Positions 12,001 through 26,352 of a stretch of DNA of 64,000 nucleotides are shown here, piece by piece. The stretch spans positions 248,001 to 312,000 of the forward strand of contig AP026126.1 of the NCBI GenBank assembly GCA_030295235.1, read 5' to 3'. The first letter of the stretch is position 1; every line of letters begins with the position of its first letter. Origin of the DNA: Fistulifera solaris (lineage: Eukaryota). The notes beneath the pieces were generated by a model. It searched no databases. It was not told the origin of the DNA and saw nothing but the letters and a program-made list of their open reading frames with translations. Both the position numbers and the translations under genes were made by a program.

Positions 12001-15000
12001 GATGCCAATTAGTGTCAAAACTTGTACGTCGCCTCCCCCGATCGGGATCCGCTCAACGCGTTGTCCAATTATTGCACTCAAATCCGACTCACTAACCTCT
12101 ATAGTACCATCGTTCACATTGTCGATGTGATGTGAGTCAAAGGCTTTCGATGCTTGCTTCGTATGAGTAAGAATGTTTCTTCTGACTACAACGAATTCTC
12201 TCATCGCCAAAATCAGACCAACTTGCGCTTCATCGAATCCGACCTCGTCCTCCAACAAAGACGTGTTCAGCACTGCTTCGTCGCCGAGTGACTTCGCAGA
12301 GAGCTGACAAGCATATCGCAGTGAATGAGCTCCCGTCTTCTCATCGAAAGCGGTAATCTTTGCTATTCGCCAGGAGTTCGAGGATTGTAGCCGGGATCTT
12401 TCAACGATGATGGCTTCATCAGCAACAAGACTTATGGAAAGAAGATTGCACAGTTAGAAAGATGTATCAAATATTCACTGCGGCGCACACTCTCGTACCT
12501 TCTGCAATAGCTTGTGTATCTGGAATCACTAATCCTTGAGGATCTCAGGATTTGCATTTCGACGTCTAACATTGATATGAGCGGTTCGGCAAAAAACGAC
12601 AAACCTTCTTTTACCTGATTTTCGTTTTTGATCTGAATCTCAATTGCTTTTGTGAGCGCATGTAAATCACTACGTCCTTTATCACCTCCGGCTACATCCA
12701 GAGTTTGGGACGAAGTAGAAACTTGTTTAACATTCTCATAAAGAGTAAGCACTTGGTGGATCCTGCGAAGTAACTCACTTCCGAGAGTGGAATAAGAAAT
12801 TTCATTCGAGGAATCCAATGCCCGACTTTGCACATCTTTTGTCACATCAGAACAGTGTGGGTCTAGAGAAGTTAAATCCAAAAGAAGAGCAATAGAGGCC
12901 CTGCAAAAGTCAAATAGATCACCAGGAGAAGTTTTTGAATCCTCTGAGCATCGGGGCTTCTTTGTCTTGCGGCCAGCATTGGCAACTGTGGACGTGTCGT
13001 TGTGCGATGGCTTACCGGTGAGCGACTCGTGCAGCGCCGGTAAGACACGACAAAGAAACTGATAAAACGTTACTCTTCCACGTTCTTGAAGGAGAGCGCT
13101 AAGCTCTTTTACGGCTTCGACATCACGTTGAAGCAACTTCGAAATGGCTGTATTAAGTGGAGTTGAAACGTCCTCGTTGGCCATTTCCTCGACAACATCT
13201 CCATGCGGGAAGTCAGCCAGTTTTTCTTCAACCTCAGAGTCGGTCACGTCCTCCGATGCCATCCTCAAAACTTCACGAGCCAGCTGTCGGATGGCATTGC
13301 CTTTGATGAGGCCACTATCGGACTTATCGGTACACTCTTCGCATGCATCCCAGTCGCACTCCCTGCAGCCGTGCATGGGCATTCCTCTCTCTACACCATT
13401 ACCGCAGATGTCACACCTGAACGACGAATGCCGTGTTATGTGAAGCATTGCGGTGTGTTTTTTCGGGCACGTAACAACACCGACCTCTGCACACTTTGTT
13501 GGTGACGTGGTGTTTGTAACTGAGTCGCTCTTGGTCTCCGTGGACACTTCAAGACCGGAGGCGAAATCTCTCGAAAGGATCTCTGAAATCCGATTTGTTG
13601 CCAGCGAATCGTGCAAAGAAACAAGCTCGTTGAATCCGAATCGATCTATTAACGAGCAGCTTCGAAGTTGTGGAAAGTTTGCAAGAAATACTTTGTACAT
13701 CACAAGTCCAGCAGCAGTATCTGATAGATCTTTGCTGGAAAGATAATCTTCCAACAGAAGGAAAAAAGAAATGGCGCTCTCTTGATTACTGAACAACGTT
13801 TCGCCTAATACTGAGACAGGAAGCAAGCGTAAAACACCACCTGGAATAAGCGATTGCATTCCATCGTCTAGGGGGACTCTCCCACTACGATCTGCTTCAT
13901 CGTTTGTTTCGGTAACACCTTCTGTATTCTTCGGCAATTTTTGTGCACGCTGAAGGGCTTCAAGCATAAGATCACCAGCTAATATCCTGCTGACCACCTG
14001 ATTGCAGACGGCTGTACGAGGTGACGGGTTCCGGCGCGTAGAAAGTCCAAGATAAATCAGCTTCTCCACGACAGACGCGACGAAATCTCCGGCCGCCTCC
14101 CGCATTTGACGGTCCAATTCATTTTGTCTTTCTTTCGCTTTTCTTAGTATTTCCTTCACCTCATGCGAGCATTTCTCGATTGCAATAGAGTCGGAAGCGC
14201 ACGAGCAATATTGCAAAAGAACAGACAAAGTCTCGGGTTGATTCGTGTATGCGGCGTTTCGAAGTTCGGCAAGACCAACTGGTGCACCAAACGCAATAAG
14301 AAATCGAACAATAGCTGGGCTACATCCCAATAGGATCGCCAGCCGCAGTACAGGCATGCCATCCTCGTCGACCGCATTCCGTAGAACGGCTTTTGACGAG
14401 CTTTGTAAAGGCGTCTTCTTTGATTGGTAGGACTCTAATAAGGCTTGTGTCCACTCCTTGTTGTCAACAAGCAGGCCGCAGGCAATGAGTTGCCTAGCAA
14501 ATAGGAACAGAGACGGACTGCCTTGCCTGAGACTGCAACTCGCGCTCTCGGATAGAACACCGCGACAGCGTAACAGGGAATCCAACGCAGACATCTCCAT
14601 GGGTGTGGTAGAAGTCTCCGGTTGAGTATCTTCTCCCTGAGTACGTATTGTCCCCCAAACCTCTCCCAAATTTCTTTGGCTTTCAACTGAAGAACCGAAA
14701 ACAAATGAACGCGAGCCACTAAACGGGCGACCCACATCCATATCCATAAATCGCCGACGGTCGTTTAAATCATTCAAAGAGTTGCCTCCATGATATTGGT
14801 CACTGCGTGAAAGAAGAACTGACAGCATTCCTCGACGCTGGCGAAGCGATGCATCACCGATGTCCAGGCTAGATGTCATATCACCCATATTATCGCGTCT
14901 AGAAGCAGACACAGCACGAACTACATTGTCATTTCTTGGAAACGTTGACTGTTGCGACGAAAAGTGGCCGTAGTCTGTAGATTCCGACTCGTTGCCCATA

Positions 15001-17959
15001 TCCTCGTTCTCGGAACTGTCACAATCAACCTCAGAGTCGTCACTGTAAAGCTTTTCTGATATTGTTTTCAATAGCACTCCAACAGCAGTGATCTTGTCAG
15101 ACAAGTCTTCACGAGGTTCAAGGCTATTAGACTGTTTTGCAGCAATATCAACTGCTGACAGAACTGCTGCGGGCAGACCAGCGCTGAAGAGACCCGGTAA
15201 AACGTCGGAATTCTTTTTGCACTCCCTGGCTATGAGTTCAATAGCAGACTGCTCCAGTCGACCAACGGCCGAAATTTCGCTCGTAAGTTTTTCTCCTACG
15301 GGGGATACTACAGAAAGCGTCGCTTCACTTTCTTCATCGAAGTCGTCCACGGATTTAGCTGTATCATTAGCAACAAGATGGTCTCGAAAATGAATCGCAG
15401 AAGAGTGAACAAGCTTACTCGTCCGTACACGTCGTACAAAGAGGGTGTGAGCCTGATCTGACGAAGCTGAAACAGAAAGCTTCAATCCGACGCTCTGTGC
15501 AAAGGCCCCTCCTACAAACTCTATTAACACAGTACCCGAGTCGCGACTATGCGGAGTACAAGGCGTCCTCGACGAGTGTGATTCCGGAACAACGCGGCCA
15601 CACCAGACTCCTGAGGTTACATTTACACTTGCTTCCTCCCTTGCTTTCTTCGGAACCACAACATCTCCATTGAGCCACGACGACGTACTAACTTGTTTTC
15701 CCTCCATAGATTCTAGCGTTTCTGCGTCATATCCATGAACACGAAGCAACGCGGATAGAAACCAAATTGCAGCTGTATCTATGAGACCAGATCGCTCAGA
15801 TACGATAGCTTGGGGCTGATACCACCACCTTCGTCCACTGTGGTGTACTCTTACGGATCGTCTATGGGATTCAAATCAGAAAATACATACATGGCTGCCC
15901 AACAACGCCAAACAGTATACTCACCGTTCACCAGTTGGTCCGCGTTGTATTTCGATGACAGATCCTCGATCACCAGGTTGCAGAGGCCCGTTTGCCGAAT
16001 CACCTAACTTTTCATACCCTTCCACCAGTTCAACCTTATCTCCCACCTGCAAAGAAATTTTTTGAATATGTATGAAAAAATAGAACCCTCAGTCAGTTTG
16101 AGTAGACTTACCTCGCATAAAGATTCATTAGAGGATGTGATACTCCGACAGGAATCATTTTCAGAGGCATCGGCAGCGACCACCTGACCAACAACTTTGA
16201 GAAAATGGTGAAACTCAATTTTCCCCGTGTTTTTATTAACGTCGTCGAGGATATCGTTTAACGTAGACAGCCGTAACCCACAGCGATACCAAAGGCGGTG
16301 TGCCATCGCAAAGGATATTTGAAGCTCGGGATGTTCTGTATACATGAGAAAAATGTCGTAAAGAATGTCTTTTACTTCTTTGGTCAACTCGCGATTTTGA
16401 ATGAAACGCAATCGCTTCTGCATAACTTTGTGCCGAACGGCTTCGTCTCTTCTTTGTTGACTTCGCAAGCGATCCGAAACAACAACCTGCAGTCTATGAA
16501 AATTGTCAGTGTGCGCTCGAAAGACAGGGTCGACACAAAGATCATACTTACAAAGGCAAAGGATCCTGGCCTATGCCGGTTATTGCAACCGAAGCACCTG
16601 AATTGAAAGGCACGGCGACGGGGTAAAGCTCTACGGAAGGAGGCAAGTTTGAAACCAAAGAGCCTAGTAAGGTTTCATTCCTCCAATAAGTCAAAGTAGA
16701 AGATTCATAATCGCATACAATAGTCACGACATCACGGCATCCAAACAATATATTCGCGGAATTTAGTGGAATTCTCTCGGAAGCGAGACTTGACAGAGTA
16801 CGCCGTTCCCCAGCTGCCGCTGCTCGCAATGCAGCAACAGAGGATGAAGTCAGTGACCCTTCGCATTTCTGTCCCGAGTCTTCAATACCCCAGAAAAACG
16901 GTGACTTGTGCAAAGTATTAGGTTCATGATATCCTGTATATGCAGACGTAGTAACGCCAATCCAATGCCCCCCTTCCATGTTACCACCGGCCTCGACAGA
17001 AGGAAGATCAAAGGCTACGCGAAATCCGAATGCCCCCCGTGGGTTCGGCAGCGACGCTAGCATCGATTCATCTACATCTCGTGGAATCGCCGTCTCGGCA
17101 CGAACCGCTCGACCTTCTCCAGTTACTGCTTGTGAGTATGCAACATGTTGGGCGTCACCTTCACCTACTTGAATGTGTTCGAACTGCTGATTCCGTCTTC
17201 CCCGTGCAGCAATAAGATCCGAGGGAGAAATCCAAGCTGGGTTGTAAGAGGGACCATTTGAAGTGGCTATTCTCAAAATTAAATTTGAGTCTGGAGCCGG
17301 GGTCCGTGATTGCTGCGTCAACGCCCGCGCAGCCTCAAGAAGTCTCCTTCCATTGGAGGCAGATGCTAACCTGGCATGCCCCAATAGACGGCTATCGAGA
17401 TCACCAACGGCAACAACGGCCGCCATATTGTCGACCATCGCCTCAAGAAAATCATCGTCTTCATCCAAAGCATCTTCCATAATTTCTTCAGCATGGTGAT
17501 TTCTTCCTCGTGGTGCGAGCCCGCGGGCCAGCCACCCCGCTCGTGCAGCATAGGCGGCTCCGTGTCTTCTAAGAATAGAAAAGCCTGTAAATTCAATTGA
17601 ACAATCAACAAATTTAGTGCAACAGTATAAGATAAAAAGCAGGAAACAGAGTGGTCGCTCGTAAAGGAGTTTTTTCGTAACGTTTTCGATCGATCGTGCA
17701 AGTGACGATCGATCTCATTTCTTTCACGAAAAAATCCCTCGATAAAGTATCCATCAGCATGACTTGAAGCCTTATAGACTAATTTCAAGTTTATTGTACG
17801 CTCAAGAGTCTTTGCACGAAACATGAACTTACCAGAGTTACTTGTTCCGCATATCGTGCATGAACTGTCGCTCTGTTGATTGGTGTTACAGCCACAAGCT
17901 TCACACGTCCATCTTTCGTTCGAAGAGGCTTCTTCCTCTTCGTTAGACTGTCCTTCCAT
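9070..17959 (-). CDS. Giant multidomain HECT E3 ubiquitin ligase (TRIP12/HECTD1/UPL3-like HECT) with RanBP2-type Zn finger, SPRY, EF-hand-like, SH3-like and ZZ/C1-type Zn finger regions; about 7 exons
   Basis: HECT motifs LEVRFAGESG..GVTRGFY, FRFMGRLFAAAMRD, RQFLSFVT and catalytic LPRANTCARRLYLPKF. N-terminal WTCEACGCNTN..CTICGT. SPRY-like CRDVVTIVCDYESSTLTYWRN..LYPVA. Cys-rich CDICG..HGCRECDWDACEEC. Introns include 17585-17832, 16487-16551 and 16047-16111. One frameshift near 9780. Confidence 0.85.
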
Positions 17960-18606
17960 GTTTTGTTCTTCTATGTTTCAAAAGCGGATGTATCGTGTCT
18001 TTCAAAACAATCACTCGATGTTGTGCTGCTTCGTAAATCCTGGATGCAGTCACCAACTACCAGGTAAAGGTATCATCTGGTGCGCTTGCAGTGAGCCCCC
18101 GACGGAGATGGAAGCAGTTCAGGTTTTCCTGGTTTCCAAAAATTCCACTATTCACAGTGAGGAGACCACTGTTAGTGAAGAAGTACATGTACTGAAATCC
18201 ATCTTCGGTGACAGCCCGCAGCTTAGTTAACATACTAGTATGTGGCTTGAGTACTTTGTATAGTCTTAATTGTAAACCTTAAGTGACGGTCGAGGAGCAG
18301 ACGTCGGATAGAAAAAGAATATCACGTGTTTTAGATGTAAGAGTCAAGCGAACTGGCACCACCCGCAGTACATAATCATCACAAAAAGGTTCCAACGGAA
18401 AATTAACATCAGATAACGAACCGATTTCACATCTACGAGGATGTATAACAACATTGAGGTCTAAATCTTACCATCCTTCACTTTTTCATCACAACAACAA
18501 AAACAAGAGCAGCAGCAGCAACCCGAGGCGAAATAGTAGTAACAATGGACGAAAAGCCTGAAAGTCGATGACAAATTTATGAAAAGGAAATCGCATCTTG
18601 TTAGAC

Positions 18607-21343
18607 ATGACCAACAAGACATCCTCACCGATGACGGGAGAACGACCCGGACATTCGACCCCAATCACCATACCACTACTACGAGAACTGGATGATACGA
18701 CAAAATTATCAAATGAGCACAAGGAAAATATCAACGTCGGACCACGGAACGAGCCTGCCATCAATTCATCTCCTAACCAACCGCTTAAAGCTTTACAACC
18801 CTTTCAGCTAACGGCTCCACGAAGCTCATGCAATCGTCTTCTTCCGCGACCACATCTACGAGATTCCCACTCGCCCGCGACGGCCTTACCGCCTTTACAG
18901 CAATCAAAGAGAAATACTCCACCGAGCAGGGGAAAATGGAGCGGTAACAATATACTAAGACCAGGAGAGAGTTTGGAGTCCTTTTTCGGGATTGATCAAG
19001 CTTCCACCGATGAATACCGCCAGCTGTGTCGATCTATCTCGAATGGTATCGAAGATAACGCGAAAACATGGCACCGGGTTTTGCAGTTAGCATCGGAGCG
19101 AGCAGAGAATGACCGTTCTTGGTTCTCTAATGGTAAGGTTTCATCGCAAAATCATTTTAAATGTTTACCCTGTCGCACCTCACTCCTTTCAGGCGCTCAT
19201 TTGATTCGATTACACCGAAGAGCAACTTCACGATTAGCAGATGCAACTTTAGATGAAGCCAAATTGGTATCCGCCATTTGGTTATCGTATGCCCAAGCTT
19301 TGGCTCGCTATGGGTCTGAGAAAGATGCACGGATGATGTTCCAGTATATCCAAAACCAGCGTCTGTGCGAGTCGGACTCAAATCTATATGTTGCCTTGTC
19401 GGAGTTGGAGGAAAAATCAGGGAATGATTCGGAAGCAAGAGCTTCACTACAGCAAGGATTGGAGAAAGAAGCCCAGCCCTTATCCATTTTGAGAGAAGCA
19501 CTGCAAAAACTGGATTCAAAATCGACCATACGAGAGAACGCGAAGGAGCAAATCACCGAACAAAGTCCTAAGAAACGACGGAAGTTAAACGCAGACACAA
19601 CCATTCTAGATCCTTTGTCGCTATCTTTTGAAACGAAGGAAGTTGATTCGCTTGCTCCGAAGAAAGATTCACTGAGCTTTCAACTAAGGCTGGTACCGAA
19701 ATCATGTAAAACATTTACTTCAGATGACGCAACTCCTCCAAAATCCAACCTCCAATCACGGATGCAGTCAACTGCAGACCCTTCAGAATCAGCTTCTAGT
19801 AGTGGTTCCAAGAATAGTTCACAGAAGGCCGAAAACGAAGCGCCACACCATGGTTCAGGAGTGAAGTCTCAATGTCTGCGTTACAATGGTATCTTTTCCA
19901 CAGTTCGCTCCTCGCGACCGCCGCTTCTTTCCAAGACACCTCTTCCTCTTAAAACACCTCTTATAAGCCGCGGATCACTGGGGAAGCCTGTACGTGTCGA
20001 CCCGTCTACTGCTTTCTTGGCAAATGTTGATACCGACGACGAGGATTGTAGTCTCCACCATCATAAGCAAAAGATTGAAACCGACACAGAGAAGAAAGAA
20101 AAGACAAAAGCTTCCAAGATAACGAAAATGGATCTTAGTTATATGTGGGCTTGGGACCCTGACAAAAAGCCAAGCAAGGACGGAAAGATTGCCGAAAAAA
20201 CAAACGAGTATCTTCCTTCTTCGGTCCAAGAGATGGATTGTCTTTCTGGAGACTCCAGTGACTCAGGCCAGCAAGCTTGCGATACTTCAAAAGCTGCGAA
20301 AACTACAAAATCTTCGGACGAAAACCAGTCGAAGTTCAAAGAAGAGGAATCCAAGGATAAAGGTCAATTCAACGATGAATTTCTCCCACTGGTTAAAGAA
20401 AGCAATATGATACGAGTCAATGGTGTTCCATACGCTAAACTCGGCGTTATTGGGCGTGGTGGCTCCTGTAAAGTTTACCGCGCACTCTCTACGAATTGCA
20501 ACGTTATCGCAATAAAGAAAGTGAAGCTTGATGGAATGGACAAAAGGCCATTGACGGTTACTCCAATGAGATAGCATTACTGAAACGACTACGAGGCAAC
20601 CCTGCAATCATCCAGATGTTCGATAGTCAAGTAGATTTGGAGAGAAAATCGATCTTGCTGACCATGGAGCTCGGAGAGGTGGACTTAAATCACGTCCTCC
20701 AACAACAAGAGATTGCAATGGCAGCCAAAAGAGATCACCGACAATTGAATCTCAACTTTGTTCGCCTCACATGGCAGCAAATGCTCACGGCGGTTCACTC
20801 TATTCACGAAGAGCGCATCATACATGGGGATCTAAAACCAGCAAACTTTTTATTCGTTCGTGGAGCGCTCAAACTGATTGATTTCGGCATTGCGAAGGCC
20901 ATTCAGAGCGACGATACGACGAACATTTACCGTGAAAGTCAAATTGGGACTTTGAATTATATGTCACCGGAAGCAATACTCGACACGGGATCGTCAAGTG
21001 GTCGACTTCAGATGAAACTTGGCAGGGTAAGTGACATTAAAGAAACGGTACTTCACAGGATTTTGAAACCCCTCACGTTGTTTCCTGTAAGGCTTCTGAT
21101 ATTTGGTCCCTCGGCTGTATCCTATACCAAATGGTTTATGGGAAAACCCCCTTCGCAGACTTACATATGATCCAAAAGCTCCAAGCGATAATAAATCCAA
21201 ACCACAAGATAGCTTTTCCCGGTGACATGGACGAATGCGCAATTGATGCCATCAAAAAGTGCCTCCAGCGCAACGCACAAGACCGACCTCCTATTATCGG
21301 AGAAAATGGCCTACTGAACCACCATAAGTTTTTAAATGGCTAA
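18607..21343 (+). CDS. MPS1: Mps1/TTK spindle-assembly-checkpoint kinase with an N-terminal TPR-like region (introns ~19133-19191 and ~21028-21091; frameshift ~20544)
   Basis: IGRGGSCKVY, AIKKV, MELGEVDL, WQQMLTAVHSIHEERIIHGDLKPANFLFV, LKLIDFGIAKAIQSDDTTNIYRESQIGTLNYMSPEA and MVYGKTPF are diagnostic of Mps1. Confidence 0.9.
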
Positions 21344-21721
21344 AGCGTCTCATTTCTATCCATTTTGTGAATTTCTCTTTATAATTAGACCTCTCTAGAC
21401 AATGTCTTTGGTCTTGGAGACCATAGACTCTAGAAAAAAGAATAAAATGCCGTCTGTCATCTCTCCTCCTTTGTATACTTAAAAAAAATAATTGAGAAAT
21501 AAATAATGAAGTTTATCTGTAGAATTAAACCGTGTTATCATCCGTCAATGTTTTATACTTAATTATAAGAGCTTTTTATTTAGTCTGATAGACCATCTAG
21601 GTACCGGATCAGAACCGGTACGAGTGATCAAGCCGTTGATTTTATGATCACTTTTTGGCGACGACAAGTCGCACATTTCCAGTCGACTAAAACTCATTAA
21701 TGCCTTGGAAATTTGCCAACC

Positions 21722-24378
21722 ATGACCAGCAAAGCTAGTATTTCCTCCTTAGCTCGATCAAAAGTGGTTTATCGACTGCATCATCAAGCAAAATTTATAG
21801 GAGCGGGAAAAGCACAAGTGGTAGGCCCGATGCACCCTTATCACGCTCGAAAAGCGGCTTGTCGGCTGCTTCGACAAAATCTGGACGGAGCGAGAAAAGT
21901 TCAAGAGGAAAGATCACGAAGCAGAGCTCATCTAGTGGTTTCAGAGCAGTTAACAGCAGAAGCAATAGCATAGAGTCCATCCGTTCGTACGAGACTTCTG
22001 ATCGACAGGAAGGTCCTTCCTTAGATTCGTGGTGGAGGTATTTGTCCGAGCTGCCTTTCGACGAGAGCAGTGACGGAGGCTGTGAAGTAGCGGCATTTTC
22101 GCCACCAGTGTCTCCGTCGACGTGGTGGGAAATGAGAATAGAAGACAGCCCAACAAATGAAGTCGACCACTTCGAATTGCAGGCAGCAAGTTTCGAATCG
22201 GTGAGCTACAAACAAAGCTCTTCTCAGAGTTTTACAAAGCCGTCTGTTCAGAGAGGAGATACAAGGAGAGCAGATACGAGAAGGGCAGATACGAGGCCAG
22301 TGGCAAGGAAACCCACGAAAAGAAAAGACATCAGATCAGAAGGAGTAAGTCATCGCACTCGGTTTTTTACAATCCCCCATATCTTGGTTTACCAAGCCAG
22401 CAATCAGGAACAGCAATTGATGAGATATGTAAGGGAGGGACAGCAATTCTTGATCTTCTGGAAAAGAATGTTTGCCCTTCAGATTTCGTTGATTCTCCAA
22501 CTATGCGCCGACTTGAAAGCAACACCATCTTATGGGACTTACAGAATAAAATCGATGGAGTCGATCATAAAGCTCTTCTCAAGATTCTCAATGAAAAGAG
22601 GCACCGTGATCTAGAGGAAAGGGAACTGAGCTCTGATGATTTCAGTGCAAGCAGTGAATCGTGTCCTCCTAGCCCAGTCTCTTTTCTGATGTCCAGAACA
22701 TTATCTCCGACCTGGAGAACGACTCGTTGTATGCGAAGAACAACCAACTGAATGAGTTTTTGCCGCCGGGTACGATGTTTCAACGTATGAGTCTAGGCGC
22801 GATGAACGAGGACTGTGCCGCTAATACTGTCATCCGAAATCGAAAAAGCGAAAACGAAAGTAAAAAGCCATTCAGATCTCACAACCATCGAGACCGCCAT
22901 ACAGAGTCGAAGCAATTATCGCCTGAGCCATTTTTTGCAAAAACGAATATCATAGAGCATGAAAAGCCATTCCTTCCACCTTCAGAATTGAAAACAAGAA
23001 TCATGTACACGACGAATTCCAAAGAAATTGTTCCCACGATGGTTAACGCTAAAAGTCAAGTAGGACTAGAGCATTTCGATCACATGAGCACGCTCACCGA
23101 GGAAAGAAATCCGTTTATTTTTCCTCATTTGCACGACACACGTAGTTGCGTACCATCGATGAGAAAACTGATGATGAAGATACGAAGTGGGCGATCCACC
23201 TCCTCGATGTCCTCCGCCAAACCCCTCGGACAGCAGAGTACTGCAGAAACAGAGACGCCCTCCGAGCCGGTCAACTACATATACGGCTACGAAACCGCCA
23301 ATCATGCCTACGTTGCCTTTTTTAGAGCGGGGTGGGTCTGAGTTCGTCAAAATGTACGAACATCCGGCACCACCATCCTTTGAAAAAATGAGTTCCGAGG
23401 TCTTGGTCATGGTCGATGTGTCGACCGTATCCCCGTCCGATGGCTGTATTCGCCGAGGAGAGTGGTGGGGAGACGGTTCGCGGACTCCACTGACACTCCC
23501 CATTATCCCGGGGTCCGCCTTTGTCGGAATTATTGAGTCCGAAGGAAATCGACTGTTCCAAAAAGGTGATCGTGTTCTTTCTTTGGTCCGAGCCGGGGCC
23601 AATTCGCGACACATCATTACCGATAGCGAACGTCTCGTCAAAGTAGTGTTTGACGATGTGCAGAACGACATCCTCGCTTGTCTACCCGAAATCTATTTGA
23701 GTGCCTTCCAATGTCTGCACTATGGCCAAACCCGTCGATACCGCAAAAATGCACTCTGGAAAAGAATATTCTGATCTTGGGCGGTGTTTCGACCATCCGT
23801 CGGGCCCTCGTCGAAGTGGCGAAAGCGGCGGGAGCGGATGCCATTTACGTCACGGGACGCGAAAAGAATTTAGTCAAATTGCCAGTGTTGGCGGTCTCCC
23901 ACTGAGTAAAGATCCCCGTCACTGGCTGTCCATCTTGATGGGGAAAATGGATCTAGTGATTGGCTTGGAGGATCCATACGGGACACCCCAATTGAAATAC
24001 GAGCACATCAAGGCACTGCATTCGAATGGCAAAGTGGTGGTGTTGGGTGGACCCAATCCCGAACAAGAAGTCATGGACTTGGATCCCATCGATGGCACGT
24101 TGAAACGTACGAAACGGAAACTGGTGCACTACAATGTCTTTGATTCCTGGGAAAGCAATCCCCGTCAAGCCACGAAAGATTTGTTGCATTTGGTCAAACT
24201 TGCCAAATACGGCGAACTGAAACCTTTCATTGCGGAAAAGATCCCACTCAATAAGGTGGCCCAAGCCCACGATGGTCTCGATGGCCAACCAGGATTTGTT
24301 CTTTGTGAACCGTGGATCATTGGCAAGAAAGACCTTTCTGAGAATGGTGCGTTTCCCACCAGTGAAGTCTTGTGGTAA
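21722..24378 (+). CDS. Medium-chain dehydrogenase/reductase (quinone oxidoreductase-like) domain (~23340-24378) with a long low-complexity N-terminal extension; start and exon structure uncertain
   Basis: GroES-like EVLVMVDVSTVSPSD..LPIIPGSAFVGII..FQKGDRV, then LPEIYLSAFQCL, Rossmann-like ILILGGVSTI and LKPFIAEKIPLNKVAQAH. Several frame breaks and probable introns near 22346-22482. Confidence 0.6.
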
Positions 24379-24838
24379 ACTAAAAATATATAATACTTTG
24401 TTAGAATAAGGTTCCTAAACCTATTATTGTATCGATCTACTTGATTCATTCTGGTTCTTTCGTGATGATTCGTGAACGGATACGCCTGTCCGTCTGTCTA
24501 TTTTCACAGTTGACACCGCTTTTCGATTTTTTGGTATTCCTATTTCCTCTGGTAATCGCATTGCATCGCATCGTTCGCAATGATGCTATGCATTCACTTT
24601 TGATCCGATGATAAGGGCCTTCCTTTTTTTGTCTCCTCTTTCGTTTTAAAGAACAGCAAACTTCTTTTCATGAAACGCTCTGTTAAAAAGATTTGCGATC
24701 GATAAATTTTTTTTTGTTACGACGTGAAACGAGCCGGAAGATGTCAACGACCAATGCTTCCATGGAACGTGTTTTGTATCAGTTGCATCATCAATTGTGT
24801 TCCTTAGCCTTACAACATACGACGACCTGGGGACGAAA

Positions 24839-26352
24839 ATGGGCAGAACGTCTGTTACTGGTGGTCTTTTGACGGGCTGTACTTTGACACTGCTCTTGCA
24901 TGTCACCTTTGTACATCGCGATACTACGACGTTGGATGGAAAACCGTTGCACAGTATTCCCTTGACGTGTTTAAGAAATGTACCGGGATTTTCCGATCAA
25001 ATGGATGTCACGCATATTTCGTTACGTTTGTGGGACTATGATGATGATTCGATCGGTAGTTATGCCTATCAGTGGGGAGATGCAAACGCCACCTGCGACA
25101 CAACAACCATACCTCTTCCCTACTATTCGTACTCCAAAATTCAAGGATATCTATTATTGACACCAGAACTCTGTCACAACATTCGCGTCCAATCAGTTGT
25201 TATTGCTCGGAATGATCGCACGTGCTGGGGTCCGCCGTGGATGCAACAGATCGTCTTTGCGGTGAAGGGACATGAGACCGTCATGATCAATTGGTTGCTG
25301 GGGACCTTTCACGGGCAAGGATTCGTGTACAATCCCCGTTCCAAGGTATTATATGACTGGAGTCAATATTCCTTTGACTCGCAACTCTCTTCCAAAGTCG
25401 GTGTGGTATTACAAACATGTTTTCTCTTTTCATGGTCACCACCTTGGTGTCCTTCATTTTGAGGGAAACCCAAGAACGCATGTTGGCCTTCACCAATCAA
25501 TTGCAAACAAGGGTACGGCAAAGACGGCCCATTACGTCTCTGGTCGGTACGCATTTGGTAGAAAATCTCGTCTTTGTACCGGTCCTGGTGGGTATGATGT
25601 TTTTTCTCATTGAATTCTACCGGGGAGACAAGGTGATTGCCTTTGTCGTGCTGAGTTTGATCTGGATTTGTGAAGCGTTTTCCATCATTAGTTTGCGATC
25701 GAAAGAGGGGATGCATTTCTTTCCGCGCATGTTCTTTTGGGAATTTTCGATTGTACACTTTTACATGTTCATGTTCCCCTTTGGCTACTCCTACATGGCG
25801 TTGGCGTCGACCGCGGTGTGCGTGATGCATTCGATGCTGTTTTTCTGGCATCGCTACGAGCTACCGGCCGTGGCTTTGGGTCATGTGACTTTGGAGCATC
25901 CGCGAATGGGGACTATGGTGCATTCGAACGGAACCAGTGCTCCCGATCCCTTTTGGTCCGTCAACCATCATCGGCAATCATTGCGCCATCCCCCACAATT
26001 ATCATCTCATCCGATCAGTGGGCAATCTTCAAACAGTCTTGAACGATTATCTCGAGAAGGGAGCTCCATTTTTAATATTGCCGGCGACGACGATGATTCG
26101 GTTTCATCGTATATGTACTTATTGAACGGAGAAGTGGTGGTGCACCGTCACCGATCATCACCGACCGCTCCCACTACCGCTTTGGAAGAGATCCGGTCGG
26201 AGGATCGACATGAAAGTAGTTTATCGACAGATCGTCCTTCTACTCCTCTTTCATCATCACCATCTCATACACCGCCTTCTCCCGCCAGCACGATTGCACC
26301 ACGATCGAATGCCCCAACGCCTCGCGTCCACAACCGCACGCTTACGGAATGA
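24839..26352 (+). CDS. Membralin (TMEM259)-like multi-pass ER membrane protein; frameshift in the T-runs near 25421-25430
   Basis: Motifs LRETQERML, PVLVGMMFFLIEF, LIWICEAFSIISLRS, HFFPRMFF and FPFGYSYMAL match the membralin TM core. Confidence 0.8.
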
